From positions 45,712 through 109,711 of IMG/VR virus record IMGVR_UViG_3300001525_000065: 64,000 bases of DNA. The stretch is one strand, 5' to 3'. The first letter of the stretch is position 1, and the number at the start of each line of letters is the position of its first letter. Source of the DNA: a virus (taxonomy: Duplodnaviria > Caudoviricetes). Below are positions 38,764-49,483 of the stretch, piece by piece. The translations under genes were made by a program, and so were the position numbers. Below the pieces are notes generated by a model. That model did no database searches. It was not told where the DNA came from and saw nothing but the letters and a program-made list of their open reading frames with translations.

Positions 38764-38946
38764 TTACTTACCTCTCTTCTTTTGTCTCTTCTCACTCATC
38801 TTATCAAAATATCCATTATGAAGATTTTCAGCTCGACGAGTGAGATTAATCAATTTTCTATCCTCATCATATGCTTTATATGGATCACACTCAGAATGAC
38901 AATGAGGATGCCTATTCTGACAATCCTTACATGGACTAACGAGCAT
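38764..38946 (-). CDS. small Cys/His-rich protein
   Basis: PCKDC..R...CH..C..Y motif common in Firmicute phages. Confidence 0.6.
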   Translation of the reverse strand: MLVSPCKDCQNRHPHCHSECDPYKAYDEDRKLINLTRRAENLHNGYFDKMSEKRQKKRGK

Positions 38947-39259
38947 GACCGAATACTTTATGGATTATCTTACTAATCCATGACTCATGATGAGTAGGTG
39001 CATCCGCAATGCTCTCATCAGGTTCTATCTCATCAATACATATCTGATCTGTTCCAGGTGTATCTGCTGAAATTGCAGTATCTATGTATGATGTACCATC
39101 ATCAGTAAATAGTGGATAAACTCGCTCACCTTCATAGAATACTGCATAACCTTCGTGCTCATCCACAGTAGCCATAGCATGATTAATGTCTGCATAACTA
39201 GCTATCTGACTAGCAGAATCATCTGCTGACTTACGCACTTTGTATGGTCTAGTAGGCAT
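38936..39259 (-). CDS. protein with a stand-alone cell-wall-binding-like (SPOR-like) module
   Basis: Y.VRKS.DD..SQI..Y…N.A…..GY.VF resembles the repeat found in clostridial lysins. Confidence 0.45.
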   Translation of the reverse strand: MPTRPYKVRKSADDSASQIASYADINHAMATVDEHEGYAVFYEGERVYPLFTDDGTSYIDTAISADTPGTDQICIDEIEPDESIADAPTHHESWISKIIHKVFGHAR

Positions 39260-39298
39260 GGTTCTTACTATCCTTTCAGTTAATTTTGTTAATGCATG

Positions 39299-39422
39299 AC
39301 GTTCACTTAGCGCTCTAGCACGTTTAGAGCCTCTCTAGACCTCGTTAGCGCATGTAGGGGCAAAACCCTCCCCTTGACACTAACGAGGCTCCTAGGACGT
39401 TCTAGAGGCTCTAGAGACGTTA
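39299..39422. repeat. ~120-bp dispersed palindrome, copy 5 (inverted)
   Basis: Near reverse complement of copies 1 and 2. Confidence 0.85.
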
Positions 39423-39487
39423 GGACTAGAGTACCCTCTTTTCAAAAGTTTAGGAGACACTAAGTATTGATACATTGAGTCACCTAA

Positions 39488-39516
39488 ACTAGACTCGTTC
39501 ATGCGCATGAATTACT
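39488..39516 (-). promoter_or_regulatory. phage-specific promoter motif (variant, AGTAAT-N13-CGAGTCTAGT)
   Basis: Member of the 8-copy family. Confidence 0.65.
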
Positions 39517-39536
39517 TCATAATACAATTACTGTAT

Positions 39537-40142
39537 TTAAGTTATTTCTTGATTGACTGTAATTATTACATTATGAATGGATGTCTCTACTAGTACTACT
39601 GCCATGTATGCCATGTTATTAGTAGTTGATGACTGCTTTAATGTGAAATCAAGAACTCCTTGACTAGGCATATTAGTTATTGGAGTTGCTACATTAGCTA
39701 AGCCATTGAAGTTATTATATCCTACAGCTATCTCAGTTTTATCAGCATCATAAAACTTAAATGATTGATAGCTTAGGTCGTTTGATCCAGTCCATCTAAT
39801 TCTAATTGTATCACCTATCTTACATGGAATCAAGCCTACGATATTTGTAGATGCTTCAGCTACAGGTGAGCCACTTGAGCCATTGAATCTCATGCCAGTA
39901 TATAACCATGATTTTCCTACGTTATTCCCACTAAAATCGACTCCATTCCATGCATAATTAGTATATCTAGGAATAGAAATAGTAGCAGAGCGTAGTTTCC
40001 CTAGCATTTCTGATGGTCTATACTTTTGTGTAGTACCTAATACACTACGGATAATGTCTGCGAAACCTACTAAGATCTCCCTCGAAATTGTATATCTATT
40101 ATACTCTATTACCTCAGTTGTATCAGAAGGATCAGTTGCCAT
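39537..40142 (-). CDS. tail fibre-associated protein
   Basis: ADIIR...G...Y.P.EM motif; adjacent to the large fibre gene. Confidence 0.55.
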   Translation of the reverse strand: MATDPSDTTEVIEYNRYTISREILVGFADIIRSVLGTTQKYRPSEMLGKLRSATISIPRYTNYAWNGVDFSGNNVGKSWLYTGMRFNGSSGSPVAEASTNIVGLIPCKIGDTIRIRWTGSNDLSYQSFKFYDADKTEIAVGYNNFNGLANVATPITNMPSQGVLDFTLKQSSTTNNMAYMAVVLVETSIHNVIITVNQEIT

Positions 40143-40157
40143 AATTGTATACCTCCT

Positions 40158-43100
40158 TTAGAATGAAGAAATTTCAGCAGTACCTGTTTCAGCCCATTCA
40201 GGCTTACCATCAGTACCTACTACCAAGATCTTACCTGCATCTGATGTAGTACACATAGGTACTACATATCCACCTAGCATAAGATTACCATCAGTACCAA
40301 CTACTACTGCTTTACCTGCATTATTGGTACCTTGATCAATACTCATCAGAGATAACTCAGAGATGGACCATCCACCTGATGTGCATACTAGTGTAGATGT
40401 CTTATTAAGCGATACATTAGTGAATGCTAATTGATCACTACTAATATAAACTAGATGATACAAACTATTATTGAGACTAGCATACAGACGTAGATGAGAT
40501 TCAGTAACTAATGATGTAAGATATGCAAATGTATCAGTACCATTACTAGGTGTTATAACCTTAGTAGTTGAGTTCTGAGTAAGAGTAACTACATATCCTT
40601 GATTAGTTACCCATAATTTATTATTAATATCTGATATTACAGGAAAACCATTTGTAGGAATGTCCCCTGTACCTGTTTCAGGTATCTTCGCTAGTATATT
40701 CTGGCTAGCTACTACTACTGCAGAATAATCTATTAGGTCAGTAGCATGAGGTGGATTATTAACATTATCTGCAGTAACAATACCTGTAATGCTATCTAGC
40801 ACTGCCTTATTAGTATGAGAATGCCTAGCAGCTGTATTAGCAGCTATGTCATCAGTAGGTACTTCAGGTATCTTTACAGTAATTTCACTACTACCATCAT
40901 ATGACTGAGTAGATGCTCCAGTGAATACTAGTGCATAAGGATTCTTGAGTGAAGTAGGTAGATCTGGCGAAGGTTTAGTGTATAGCTTACCCTCTGCATC
41001 AATACCTACATCTTGGGTCATTTCATCTGTCTTATCAATAGGTTGAACCATACCTGCTTTAGATGAAGTAGCTATAGCCCTGAGATCAGTTTTACGTATC
41101 ACAAATCCTTTAATAGTACCAGTAGTCTTGTCATAGGTTCCTAAGCTAGTCCATGAAGTTGTGACTGCACTGGTATCTCGGATTGTAGCAGTATGATATC
41201 CATCTGATTTTATAGAGACCAAGAACTGTGCATGTTCTTGAGCAGCAGGAAGCGAACCCAGAATAAGCTCATTATAATAAGAAGCTCTAAACGAGTCACT
41301 CTCTGTTTCATAAATTCTCCAATGGATACCACGCACTACTGCAGCAGTGCTTCTACTGTTGCTAGCTCTGAGTTCATCAATAAGTATCACTTCGTTAGCA
41401 GGATCAGTAGCATCTAGGATTCTTACATAGGGTGTATCTGACGTAACTGGCAGATAATTGTAGTCTAACTTATGATAATTATCTATCTTAGGGTATGAGA
41501 ATGATGATACATAAGATGATCCATCAGTACTTTTATACAAATAGATATCATAATTAGCGGAGAATGTATGACTAGCGCTGCCTAAGGCAGCATAAGTTGC
41601 AGTAGTTGGCGTAGCGAAAACTATTAATACAGTAGATTGGTCAGCAGTACTAGTACTAAGCATACATGATCCTTCAGGGGTATCAGCAGAAGATCCATCA
41701 GTAAATGTCGTTACTGCTTGGCCATTGATTTTCATTTTTGTATAATTATCTTTGACATAGTCATACGTCATATATGATGGTACTGTCCACTGCTTTGACC
41801 AAAGGGTACCTGAACTAAGACCCCCATCTGCAGCTACTTGAACTCTTGAAGCCCAATTAGTAGTATCGCCATCCCATGATAATGTATAAGTATTATTCAC
41901 TGATGGGTTATTTGCATCGTAGTAGTGAGTACGGTTAAGAATATGTCCTGCAGTATGAGAATTAGAATCATTATTAGACCAGTCTGGAGCAGTTGAGAAT
42001 GTATATGATTCTAGGGTACCATTACCCCTATACACTAAATCCACAGCTTTATTAGCGTTAATAAGTGATTGAACCTTAACGCGCAAGAAGCCATCTACGC
42101 CACGTGAGTACGCATAATTGCTAACTGCTATCATCTGAGAATCAGTGTATAGGGATGAACGTAGACTGCTTTCTTCTAGAAGATACGAGTAGATTTCTAA
42201 CAATGTACTAGGTGCTACACCATCATTAGTAGTCCATTTGTTACCTATAAGTATTACTTGCTGATTTTGTTTGATTGCTCCTCTTATCACATTATTGTAT
42301 ATGTTAAATGGACTTGCCAATATATTTGTATTAATTACTGGTGAATGAACTTCTTGTGGTGCAGATACATATGCCCATCCGGCAGATGATGTAGATAATG
42401 CTACTATAATTGCAGAACTAGGAGGGTATATTGAAGGAGTTTGCGATACTGCTACTTGAGTGAGAAATGTATCATTATATATCTCAAGAGTTAAGTATGA
42501 TGAACCAGATTGACCAAATCGTGAGTACACTCTAGTAGTCCTACCTGCTGATCGAACACTAGAATATGGGTCACTAGAAGTAGACTCAGATTCTATAACT
42601 TTCCAAAATAAACCATCGATGATCCATGCGTTACTATCTCCATTAGTAGAATGACTTGCAATATAATCAGCAAGTATCACTGGATTATTACTATCAGTAG
42701 CATCAATTGTGTATGGATCATCTGATCCTGATTCGAATTTTCTCCATTGTACATCTACGACTAATGAATCAAGTTGGAAGCCTAGATTTACTATCGCTAG
42801 CGATACATTACTGTTACTATCATACAATTCACTCACTGCATAGACTCTTAATTCATCAGAAGAAGCGTATGTATTAATAGCAACTAAACGCGATCCATCT
42901 TCCAGCTCTACTATGAGGTTTACATGCTTCATCAATCTAAAGTAACTGTAGCATACAGCTGCCCATGACGGCTTATTATGATTTGCAATTACATATGCAC
43001 CTTGATCAGTATCATAATAAATATTTAGATAAGGCGCATTAGTTATATCATATGCATATGCATCATACCAATCATTAGATATGTCATAAATCATATAATC

Positions 43101-45257
43101 TGCAAATGCACCTGTATCTTGGACTGATACATAAATGCCTGCAGATGGGAATACTATAGTATCATTAGCTGTTGGATCAGTGACTGATTGATTTTCTTCA
43201 ACTGCAAAATATGCATAGAAGTTATAAGAAGCGCCACTACCAGTTTGCAAGGTAAAATATACACCAAAATTAGTGGGTTCATTACCAGTGAAATAATTCA
43301 TTCCACCTACTGCTTGAAAATTAGTGTAGTCATCTGCAGATGGTGATGTACTGTATTTCCTAATGGATAGTTTACTGAATGCAAGATCATCCATATTATC
43401 GACTGGATCGCTTATCTTGACAATAGTTCTACCAGCAGTTGATGTAGCTTTAGGAAGAGATGATATACTAGTTTTAGTATATCTTATAGATGATTGATTG
43501 GATGAGACAATCCCAAATACACTATCATGATCAGGCGTATATAAGATAGACATACCTTCTTCTAGATGATAAACCTTAGCCTCATCAGATAGCATGTCAG
43601 AAGTACCGTTGAAGTACTTTATAGATTTGCTATATTCTGAAATTGTTGTCTCTTGTAGAGTCACTCGATACTTAGCATCTTGATCCTTTACTTTGCCAAT
43701 ACATACATACGGAGTCTCTCCACCGCTTTTCATAGCTTTCAAGGTAAGATCACCAGCAATACCTAATGGCACTTCTTCTATGCTTTGTATGCTTAGTGCA
43801 TTGCCACTACCTACCTTAACGATGACTTTCAGATAATATGGAACATCATGAGATAGACTTGTGATGGATACCAGTATCTGAGAATTATCAGTACTGTCTA
43901 GAGCTGCATCTACAGTTACTCCGTATCCAGTATCCATAGAGTGCATTGTCTCTAGCTGATCATCAGTCTCAGTACCAGTGAGTCTCCATGCTAGAGTACT
44001 GATGCGAGCATTAACAACAATATCATGATGATATTCATAATCTTGTAGATACTTCAGAATAGTATATGCAGGATCAGCAACTGGTGGATTCTTGATGGTA
44101 CTTGGATAATCTAGTATTATATCCGTTAATGCGGTTGTAGTATCACTGTATACATTTTGGGTACGTGTGTATGTTACCTCTGTCTGCAAATTCGTTATGT
44201 GGAATGTCAATGGACGTACATTAAACATAGATCCGTGATCTTCAATAGTGAATGCAAAACTACGACCATCATATGTTAGTAACTGCCATGCCTCATCTTC
44301 ATCCTGACTATCCCATACTTTCCAGCTTAGACCTTCAATGATTCCATAGGTTACTATCTTAGATTTCCAGTGAGTAGTATCATCATCAGCTAAGTACAAA
44401 GTCTTAGATACATCATTAGCATCTATAACTATCTTCGCATCATCAGGCAGATAGTTAATGTCTAGTGGATAATAAGTAGTGTGCTGCATAGGAGCTACTA
44501 GCTCTGCACCTGCATCAGTATAACCAGTTACTGAATATATACCTGCTTTAGGGAATGTGACGTTTACTCTAATGCTAGGAACTAATTCCATTGGTTCAGT
44601 AGATGTGTAATCTGATTTATTGAGCGTAGTGTTATTGTAGAACACAAAGAATAAATAATTTGTAGCAAGTACTACATTACTAGGTTCCTGCACTGCTGTT
44701 GAGCATAGATAAAGCCAATTAGTATTAGAGCTAGGACCAATTATATTAGTAACTTTTACGTCATTAATAAGGAATTCTTTATAATGATTCATTACCCATT
44801 CATAATCCATGCCACTAGGCAAATCAGCTATCTTGTATAACCTATCACCCTGATTGATCATACCTGTAAAGACATCAGTAGCCTTCTTATCCCATGATAC
44901 AATAAGATCACTAGTAATGGTATCTTCTTTCCAATGAGTACGATTCTCAATGTATCCTGCAGCAGATGAATCATTCTCATTCCAATCAGGCTTAGCTGAT
45001 CCAAGTATGAATGATTTAGTACCATCTACATCAGTATGCACTATATAGATCAATGATGTATCATCAGTATCTAGTATGTATACATTATTAGGATCAGCTT
45101 CAGATACATCAGGTAGTGCAGTGGCATGTACTACGTTGTTTATAGCTACCTTAGTGGATCCTACATACATTTCATGTACATCTGTACAAAAGTATAGATC
45201 ATCTGGAGTAGGAGTTACAGATTTATATTCATCTATAGTTCCAATTCTAAAATCCAT
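40158..45257 (-). CDS. large tail fibre / receptor-binding protein (1699 aa)
   Basis: Two PDW..ND...AG.I.NRTH modules, HSHTNKAVLD knuckle and GK.LVVGTDG repeats. Confidence 0.7.
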   Translation of the reverse strand: MDFRIGTIDEYKSVTPTPDDLYFCTDVHEMYVGSTKVAINNVVHATALPDVSEADPNNVYILDTDDTSLIYIVHTDVDGTKSFILGSAKPDWNENDSSAAGYIENRTHWKEDTITSDLIVSWDKKATDVFTGMINQGDRLYKIADLPSGMDYEWVMNHYKEFLINDVKVTNIIGPSSNTNWLYLCSTAVQEPSNVVLATNYLFFVFYNNTTLNKSDYTSTEPMELVPSIRVNVTFPKAGIYSVTGYTDAGAELVAPMQHTTYYPLDINYLPDDAKIVIDANDVSKTLYLADDDTTHWKSKIVTYGIIEGLSWKVWDSQDEDEAWQLLTYDGRSFAFTIEDHGSMFNVRPLTFHITNLQTEVTYTRTQNVYSDTTTALTDIILDYPSTIKNPPVADPAYTILKYLQDYEYHHDIVVNARISTLAWRLTGTETDDQLETMHSMDTGYGVTVDAALDSTDNSQILVSITSLSHDVPYYLKVIVKVGSGNALSIQSIEEVPLGIAGDLTLKAMKSGGETPYVCIGKVKDQDAKYRVTLQETTISEYSKSIKYFNGTSDMLSDEAKVYHLEEGMSILYTPDHDSVFGIVSSNQSSIRYTKTSISSLPKATSTAGRTIVKISDPVDNMDDLAFSKLSIRKYSTSPSADDYTNFQAVGGMNYFTGNEPTNFGVYFTLQTGSGASYNFYAYFAVEENQSVTDPTANDTIVFPSAGIYVSVQDTGAFADYMIYDISNDWYDAYAYDITNAPYLNIYYDTDQGAYVIANHNKPSWAAVCYSYFRLMKHVNLIVELEDGSRLVAINTYASSDELRVYAVSELYDSNSNVSLAIVNLGFQLDSLVVDVQWRKFESGSDDPYTIDATDSNNPVILADYIASHSTNGDSNAWIIDGLFWKVIESESTSSDPYSSVRSAGRTTRVYSRFGQSGSSYLTLEIYNDTFLTQVAVSQTPSIYPPSSAIIVALSTSSAGWAYVSAPQEVHSPVINTNILASPFNIYNNVIRGAIKQNQQVILIGNKWTTNDGVAPSTLLEIYSYLLEESSLRSSLYTDSQMIAVSNYAYSRGVDGFLRVKVQSLINANKAVDLVYRGNGTLESYTFSTAPDWSNNDSNSHTAGHILNRTHYYDANNPSVNNTYTLSWDGDTTNWASRVQVAADGGLSSGTLWSKQWTVPSYMTYDYVKDNYTKMKINGQAVTTFTDGSSADTPEGSCMLSTSTADQSTVLIVFATPTTATYAALGSASHTFSANYDIYLYKSTDGSSYVSSFSYPKIDNYHKLDYNYLPVTSDTPYVRILDATDPANEVILIDELRASNSRSTAAVVRGIHWRIYETESDSFRASYYNELILGSLPAAQEHAQFLVSIKSDGYHTATIRDTSAVTTSWTSLGTYDKTTGTIKGFVIRKTDLRAIATSSKAGMVQPIDKTDEMTQDVGIDAEGKLYTKPSPDLPTSLKNPYALVFTGASTQSYDGSSEITVKIPEVPTDDIAANTAARHSHTNKAVLDSITGIVTADNVNNPPHATDLIDYSAVVVASQNILAKIPETGTGDIPTNGFPVISDINNKLWVTNQGYVVTLTQNSTTKVITPSNGTDTFAYLTSLVTESHLRLYASLNNSLYHLVYISSDQLAFTNVSLNKTSTLVCTSGGWSISELSLMSIDQGTNNAGKAVVVGTDGNLMLGGYVVPMCTTSDAGKILVVGTDGKPEWAETGTAEISSF

Positions 45258-45357
45258 ATATTATCTCCTTTCATATTGAATAAATAGATAAAGATGGATC
45301 ACTTAGATAACTTATGAATAATTACCTCCATGATCCATCTTATCCTAGAATTATAAA

Positions 45358-46284
45358 TTAATCAAAGTATCCCTCAGTATCATCAGAAGTAATCATGACT
45401 CCATGATCAAACCAGATATTCCGATTCTTCACTTCTGCATCTGGATGAGCCTCTATGTATCTCTTCTCAGCAATACGAATTGCAGCTTTAGCGGTCTTAA
45501 CTGAATCATAATCCTTATTACCAGGCATGACATTGTATTTACCATCTTCAGTAGGAGTGATCTTCCATGTAGATGCATAACCATGAATAACAATAGGATT
45601 ATTATCCTCAACTATCTTCTTAGATTCACCAAATTCAAATGCAAGGTCATCAGCAGCCATAGATAGTTCATCTGCTTGATTCATGAGATACTCATCGATG
45701 AACTCACCACGCGCATCTTTATCCATCCAATTGCTATTGCGTAGTCCTACTACATCAAGTTCTCTCCATGGAGCTTCATCACCTAGCTCAGCTACTTCAT
45801 CCTCATCTTTGAATACTTCGATAAGGAGCGCATCATTTATGTCATAAACAAAGTTATGACCTTTATACTTGTAGAACTTGTATCTCTCTTTATCAGTAAT
45901 ATCCACTCTAGGGAAATACTTGTCATTGAACTGATCATCAGCCTCAGTAAGCTTAGCAGTCTTAGCTATCTTCTTAGACTCACCTAGGAATATAATACCT
46001 GCATCAACCATAGCTGCAGTAAGCTCAGGAGTTATCTCATCTTCATTTACCTCAATGGTAATGTACTTACTAGCATCTCTAAGTGGAATTTCAGTCTGAG
46101 CACTACCATAGCCAGATGGACCTGCATGACCTGTGAGCATTAGTTTACCATCAAGGATATCTATGTCAGTATCCCATGGCATAGGAAAGTCATCAGATAC
46201 TGGAGTGATGGTGAGCTCAGCATCAATCATTTCATCATAGAGTTCATGATCCAGCTTAGTCAGTTTAGAAATATCAATCTTCAT
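45358..46284 (-). CDS. acidic hypothetical protein, possibly virion-packaged
   Basis: Modules separated by GESKKI repeats. Confidence 0.5.
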   Translation of the reverse strand: MKIDISKLTKLDHELYDEMIDAELTITPVSDDFPMPWDTDIDILDGKLMLTGHAGPSGYGSAQTEIPLRDASKYITIEVNEDEITPELTAAMVDAGIIFLGESKKIAKTAKLTEADDQFNDKYFPRVDITDKERYKFYKYKGHNFVYDINDALLIEVFKDEDEVAELGDEAPWRELDVVGLRNSNWMDKDARGEFIDEYLMNQADELSMAADDLAFEFGESKKIVEDNNPIVIHGYASTWKITPTEDGKYNVMPGNKDYDSVKTAKAAIRIAEKRYIEAHPDAEVKNRNIWFDHGVMITSDDTEGYFD

Positions 46285-46306
46285 TTTACTCTCTCTCTCT
46301 TGTGAA

Positions 46307-47083
46307 TTACTTTCTACCTGATAGCTTACGCATAAGCTTTATCAGATCTTTCATTGTCACATAACCATCCTGATCCAGATCAGCCTGAGACTCATTAATA
46401 GGTACGTTCCATCCAGACATCTTACGAATCATGGTAATGACATCTTTATTGTCGATCTTACCATCATCATTAGCATCACCAATGATGTCTAGTGCTACAT
46501 TGACATCCACATTACCTGAGATGCCATCAACTGCACCTTTAGATGAGTACTGCCACATACGTGCACGATCAGACATCTTACCTGCACTCCAGTTAGCTTC
46601 CCAGACAGGGACATTCTTAGGAGCCTTGAATCGATGATCAAGCCAGTAGCTATTAGCATACACCATAGGTCTGAATCCTGCACAAGCGATTAGATGACAG
46701 AATGTCTCTACATGACTAGATAGTGTCTTGTAGTTAGTAGTGATAGAAGGATCTTCTACATCCACTGCAGCCCATAGCTGATGATTGTACTTATAAGGCT
46801 TAAGTAGCTCTATATAGTACTTAGCTTCCTCACGTACCTGCTCCTCAGTATTAGCCATGAAGTACCAGTAAGATCCCTGATAAAAATCGTCACCAATCTG
46901 AGATGCAGCTTTGATGTTACGTATGAACTTAGGATCAGTAAATGGAGCATTGTATGATCCATCAGCTAGTCTACCCTGACCTGCCTTATGCATAACGAAG
47001 TCCATACCAGATGCATGCACTTTCTCGAAGTTGGGATTACCCTGATACAGCGATATGTCTATGCCTTTATAAATAGTTGACAT
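46307..47083 (-). CDS. endolysin: GH25 muramidase plus C-terminal dockerin
   Basis: GIDIS.YQG, DVE, W.A.W, MWQYSS.G and VD.N; then the duplicated Ca-binding loops GDANDDGKIDNKD and ADLDQDGYVTMKD. Confidence 0.88.
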   Translation of the reverse strand: MSTIYKGIDISLYQGNPNFEKVHASGMDFVMHKAGQGRLADGSYNAPFTDPKFIRNIKAASQIGDDFYQGSYWYFMANTEEQVREEAKYYIELLKPYKYNHQLWAAVDVEDPSITTNYKTLSSHVETFCHLIACAGFRPMVYANSYWLDHRFKAPKNVPVWEANWSAGKMSDRARMWQYSSKGAVDGISGNVDVNVALDIIGDANDDGKIDNKDVITMIRKMSGWNVPINESQADLDQDGYVTMKDLIKLMRKLSGRK

Positions 47084-47112
47084 ATTCTCTTATTCCTTTC
47101 TATAAATTATAT

Positions 47113-47817
47113 TTAATTATTAATAGGTTTACTTAGTGACTCTAGTGACAATTCACTAGACAATAACTCAAGTCGAGCTACCTTCAGCTCATCCAGTAGT
47201 CCAGCATTACGGATCTCCTTGAAGATCAGATTACCTTTACCATACTCACCATCTACTGCAATAGAATTCTTACGTATACGATACAACTCATTAATAGCAT
47301 TATCAATGGCATCTAGATCATACTCAGCTATAGCTTCATTGACCATATCATATGTATCAGATAGCTCAGGTTCTAAATCTACATCAGGTACTTCAATCTT
47401 CAGAGGATACTTGATCCATTCATCATGCATTACTGAGTAAATGCCATTAGAGATAGTGGATGTATGAACATCCTCAACATATAACTCTACATCGATACCT
47501 TTTATAGTTATATCATAATTCTTATTGAACTGAGCTCTAGCAGAATTATACATAGCTTGTACTATCTCAGGAGATGCATCCATCAGATCATAATTAGCTA
47601 CTAGATGAAGATCCAAATCTGAATGATCTGTATAGTTGTATGATGCATTACTACCTAGCAGTAAGATATCTACTGGAGTAAACTGGATCTCTAGATCTTT
47701 CATGAATGTATCAGCTACTTCTAATGCAGCTTCACGTACATCTGACTTGAGTTTGTCTCCATCCCATAGCTTAGGATTCAAGGTATCATGTACCTCAGGC
47801 ATCTCAGTCAGTACCAT
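47113..47817 (-). CDS. Pol-beta-superfamily nucleotidyltransferase
   Basis: GSNASYNY...SDLDLH…VELYVED…G.YS motif. Confidence 0.8.
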   Translation of the reverse strand: MVLTEMPEVHDTLNPKLWDGDKLKSDVREAALEVADTFMKDLEIQFTPVDILLLGSNASYNYTDHSDLDLHLVANYDLMDASPEIVQAMYNSARAQFNKNYDITIKGIDVELYVEDVHTSTISNGIYSVMHDEWIKYPLKIEVPDVDLEPELSDTYDMVNEAIAEYDLDAIDNAINELYRIRKNSIAVDGEYGKGNLIFKEIRNAGLLDELKVARLELLSSELSLESLSKPINN

Positions 47818-47820
47818 AGA

Positions 47821-48126
47821 TTATTCACCTGCTCTTACTGCAGAGATGACTTCTGCATTAGTCCAGTATCTACCAGCTTTACCTGACTTCTTATTCCTGA
47901 TGTACTTCTTACCTGCAGCAATAGCATCTTCTTCACTAGAAGCTACTACATGGACAGTAGTGTATGCCATAGAGTCATCATTCCAGTCATCTTCATCGTC
48001 ATCATACATAGGAAGATGAATGATTACATCGTACTGCATAACTTCGTTTTCTTCATTTTCAATGATAACTTTCATAATACGTATTCCTTTCTCATGTGAC
48101 ATTTCTGTCACCAATTTAGGAGCCAC
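47821..48126 (-). CDS. hypothetical protein
   Basis: Likely start MKVIIEN after the SD AAAGGA. Confidence 0.45.
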   Translation of the reverse strand: MAPKLVTEMSHEKGIRIMKVIIENEENEVMQYDVIIHLPMYDDDEDDWNDDSMAYTTVHVVASSEEDAIAAGKKYIRNKKSGKAGRYWTNAEVISAVRAGE

Positions 48127-48244
48127 TAGGTGTTACTCATTATATCATGCCATCTCAGAGTATAAAATAAGTGAGATAACTCATCCAAGTACTAGGACTT
48201 ATGAAGAGTCACCTCACTTATCATTACTTTATTCGGATACAACA

Positions 48245-48718
48245 TTAATATCTGAAGTGTGCTGACGTTGGCACTGGTACTACATAGTGCCGATTATTAA
48301 GTGTATACTGATTATCCATGATCATCTGCCTAATCAGATTTGTCATACATCTCAATCCTTCTTGTTCAGAGACGAATGTAGCTAATGATTTCAATGATCC
48401 ACTAGGAGTAATGTACACTAAATGTGCTCTATTGTCAATACCAGTAGGGACCATGATTCCTAGCATCTTAGGCTCTAGGTCTCTTATGACATAGGACACA
48501 TGGCTAGCTTTTCTGAAGACATCTCTGATACTTATACTGGATATATTAGGATGAGATACATAATCAGGCACATATGCAATATTCACAGTACCAAATATAT
48601 CAGATAACTTATGAATGTCCTCATTATCATCTATGAAGTAGTCATCTCTAATGCTCTTTATCTGTCTAAGTACCATATCATACACTACTACATAATCACC
48701 TATGCTATAATACTTCAT
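48245..48718 (-). CDS. hypothetical protein
   Basis: ORF in a coupled run. Confidence 0.5.
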   Translation of the reverse strand: MKYYSIGDYVVVYDMVLRQIKSIRDDYFIDDNEDIHKLSDIFGTVNIAYVPDYVSHPNISSISIRDVFRKASHVSYVIRDLEPKMLGIMVPTGIDNRAHLVYITPSGSLKSLATFVSEQEGLRCMTNLIRQMIMDNQYTLNNRHYVVPVPTSAHFRY

Positions 48719-48990
48719 TATGATCCTCCTGCAATAGAATTTCTAGTTATTATGCAATCTACTCCTGTTATAAGCCTGTGCATAAGAACCTCTATGTACT
48801 CAATAGCTTCATTCTTACTAGAGAAACCATCCCATATCAATCTCTCATGAACTTTATCACCTGATGTATACATCCGTATTATAATCTGATATGTATTAGA
48901 GTACGCTTCTCTGCGTATCATAAATTCGCAATTACTATCAGGAATAACTATGTAGCTATTATAATCTGTCTTAATGCATTTATTCATCAT
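48718..48990 (-). CDS. hypothetical protein (paralog of the N-terminus of 48980..49483)
   Basis: IKTD..SYI.IPD and LIW.GF.SK..A are shared. Confidence 0.55.
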   Translation of the reverse strand: MMNKCIKTDYNSYIVIPDSNCEFMIRREAYSNTYQIIIRMYTSGDKVHERLIWDGFSSKNEAIEYIEVLMHRLITGVDCIITRNSIAGGS

Positions 48991-49483
48991 CTATAGGCAC
49001 CTCAATGCATGACATTGGAAAGTTAGCACCGCAATCCAGGATCTTGAAGGATCTCCTATCAGAAGATACAGATTTAATTATGCAATCTCTACCTAGATAC
49101 TTTATCATTGGGCTTACTATCACTGGATCTGTATCTATGCAATTTCCATGACCTCCATATTCCAACATCAAACTCTCATAGGTTCTGAGACTAACCTTGC
49201 TACCCTTATGGAGACTACGATCAATTTTACTTCGTTCTACTACATCTGAATTCTCTAGTGCGTGTACAAGAGATGATAAGCAATTCATGGCATCATCTTT
49301 GGAATAGAATCCACCCCAGATCAGAGATTCATATATTGCTGATGATCCTGTCAGAGCCGGTACTCTTAGAATTATTGAGCATGTAGGATCATCATAACTT
49401 CCTTCTCTCACATATAAGTCATGAAGAGTATCAGGAATTCTAATGTAGCTATCTAAATCTGTCTTAATGTACTTAGTCATCAT
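48980..49483 (-). CDS. hypothetical two-module protein
   Basis: N-terminus paralogous to 48718..48990; C-terminus paralogous to 49473..49751 (L.KG..V.L, M.KYL…IK.V). Confidence 0.55.
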   Translation of the reverse strand: MMTKYIKTDLDSYIRIPDTLHDLYVREGSYDDPTCSIILRVPALTGSSAIYESLIWGGFYSKDDAMNCLSSLVHALENSDVVERSKIDRSLHKGSKVSLRTYESLMLEYGGHGNCIDTDPVIVSPMIKYLGRDCIIKSVSSDRRSFKILDCGANFPMSCIEVPIDDE

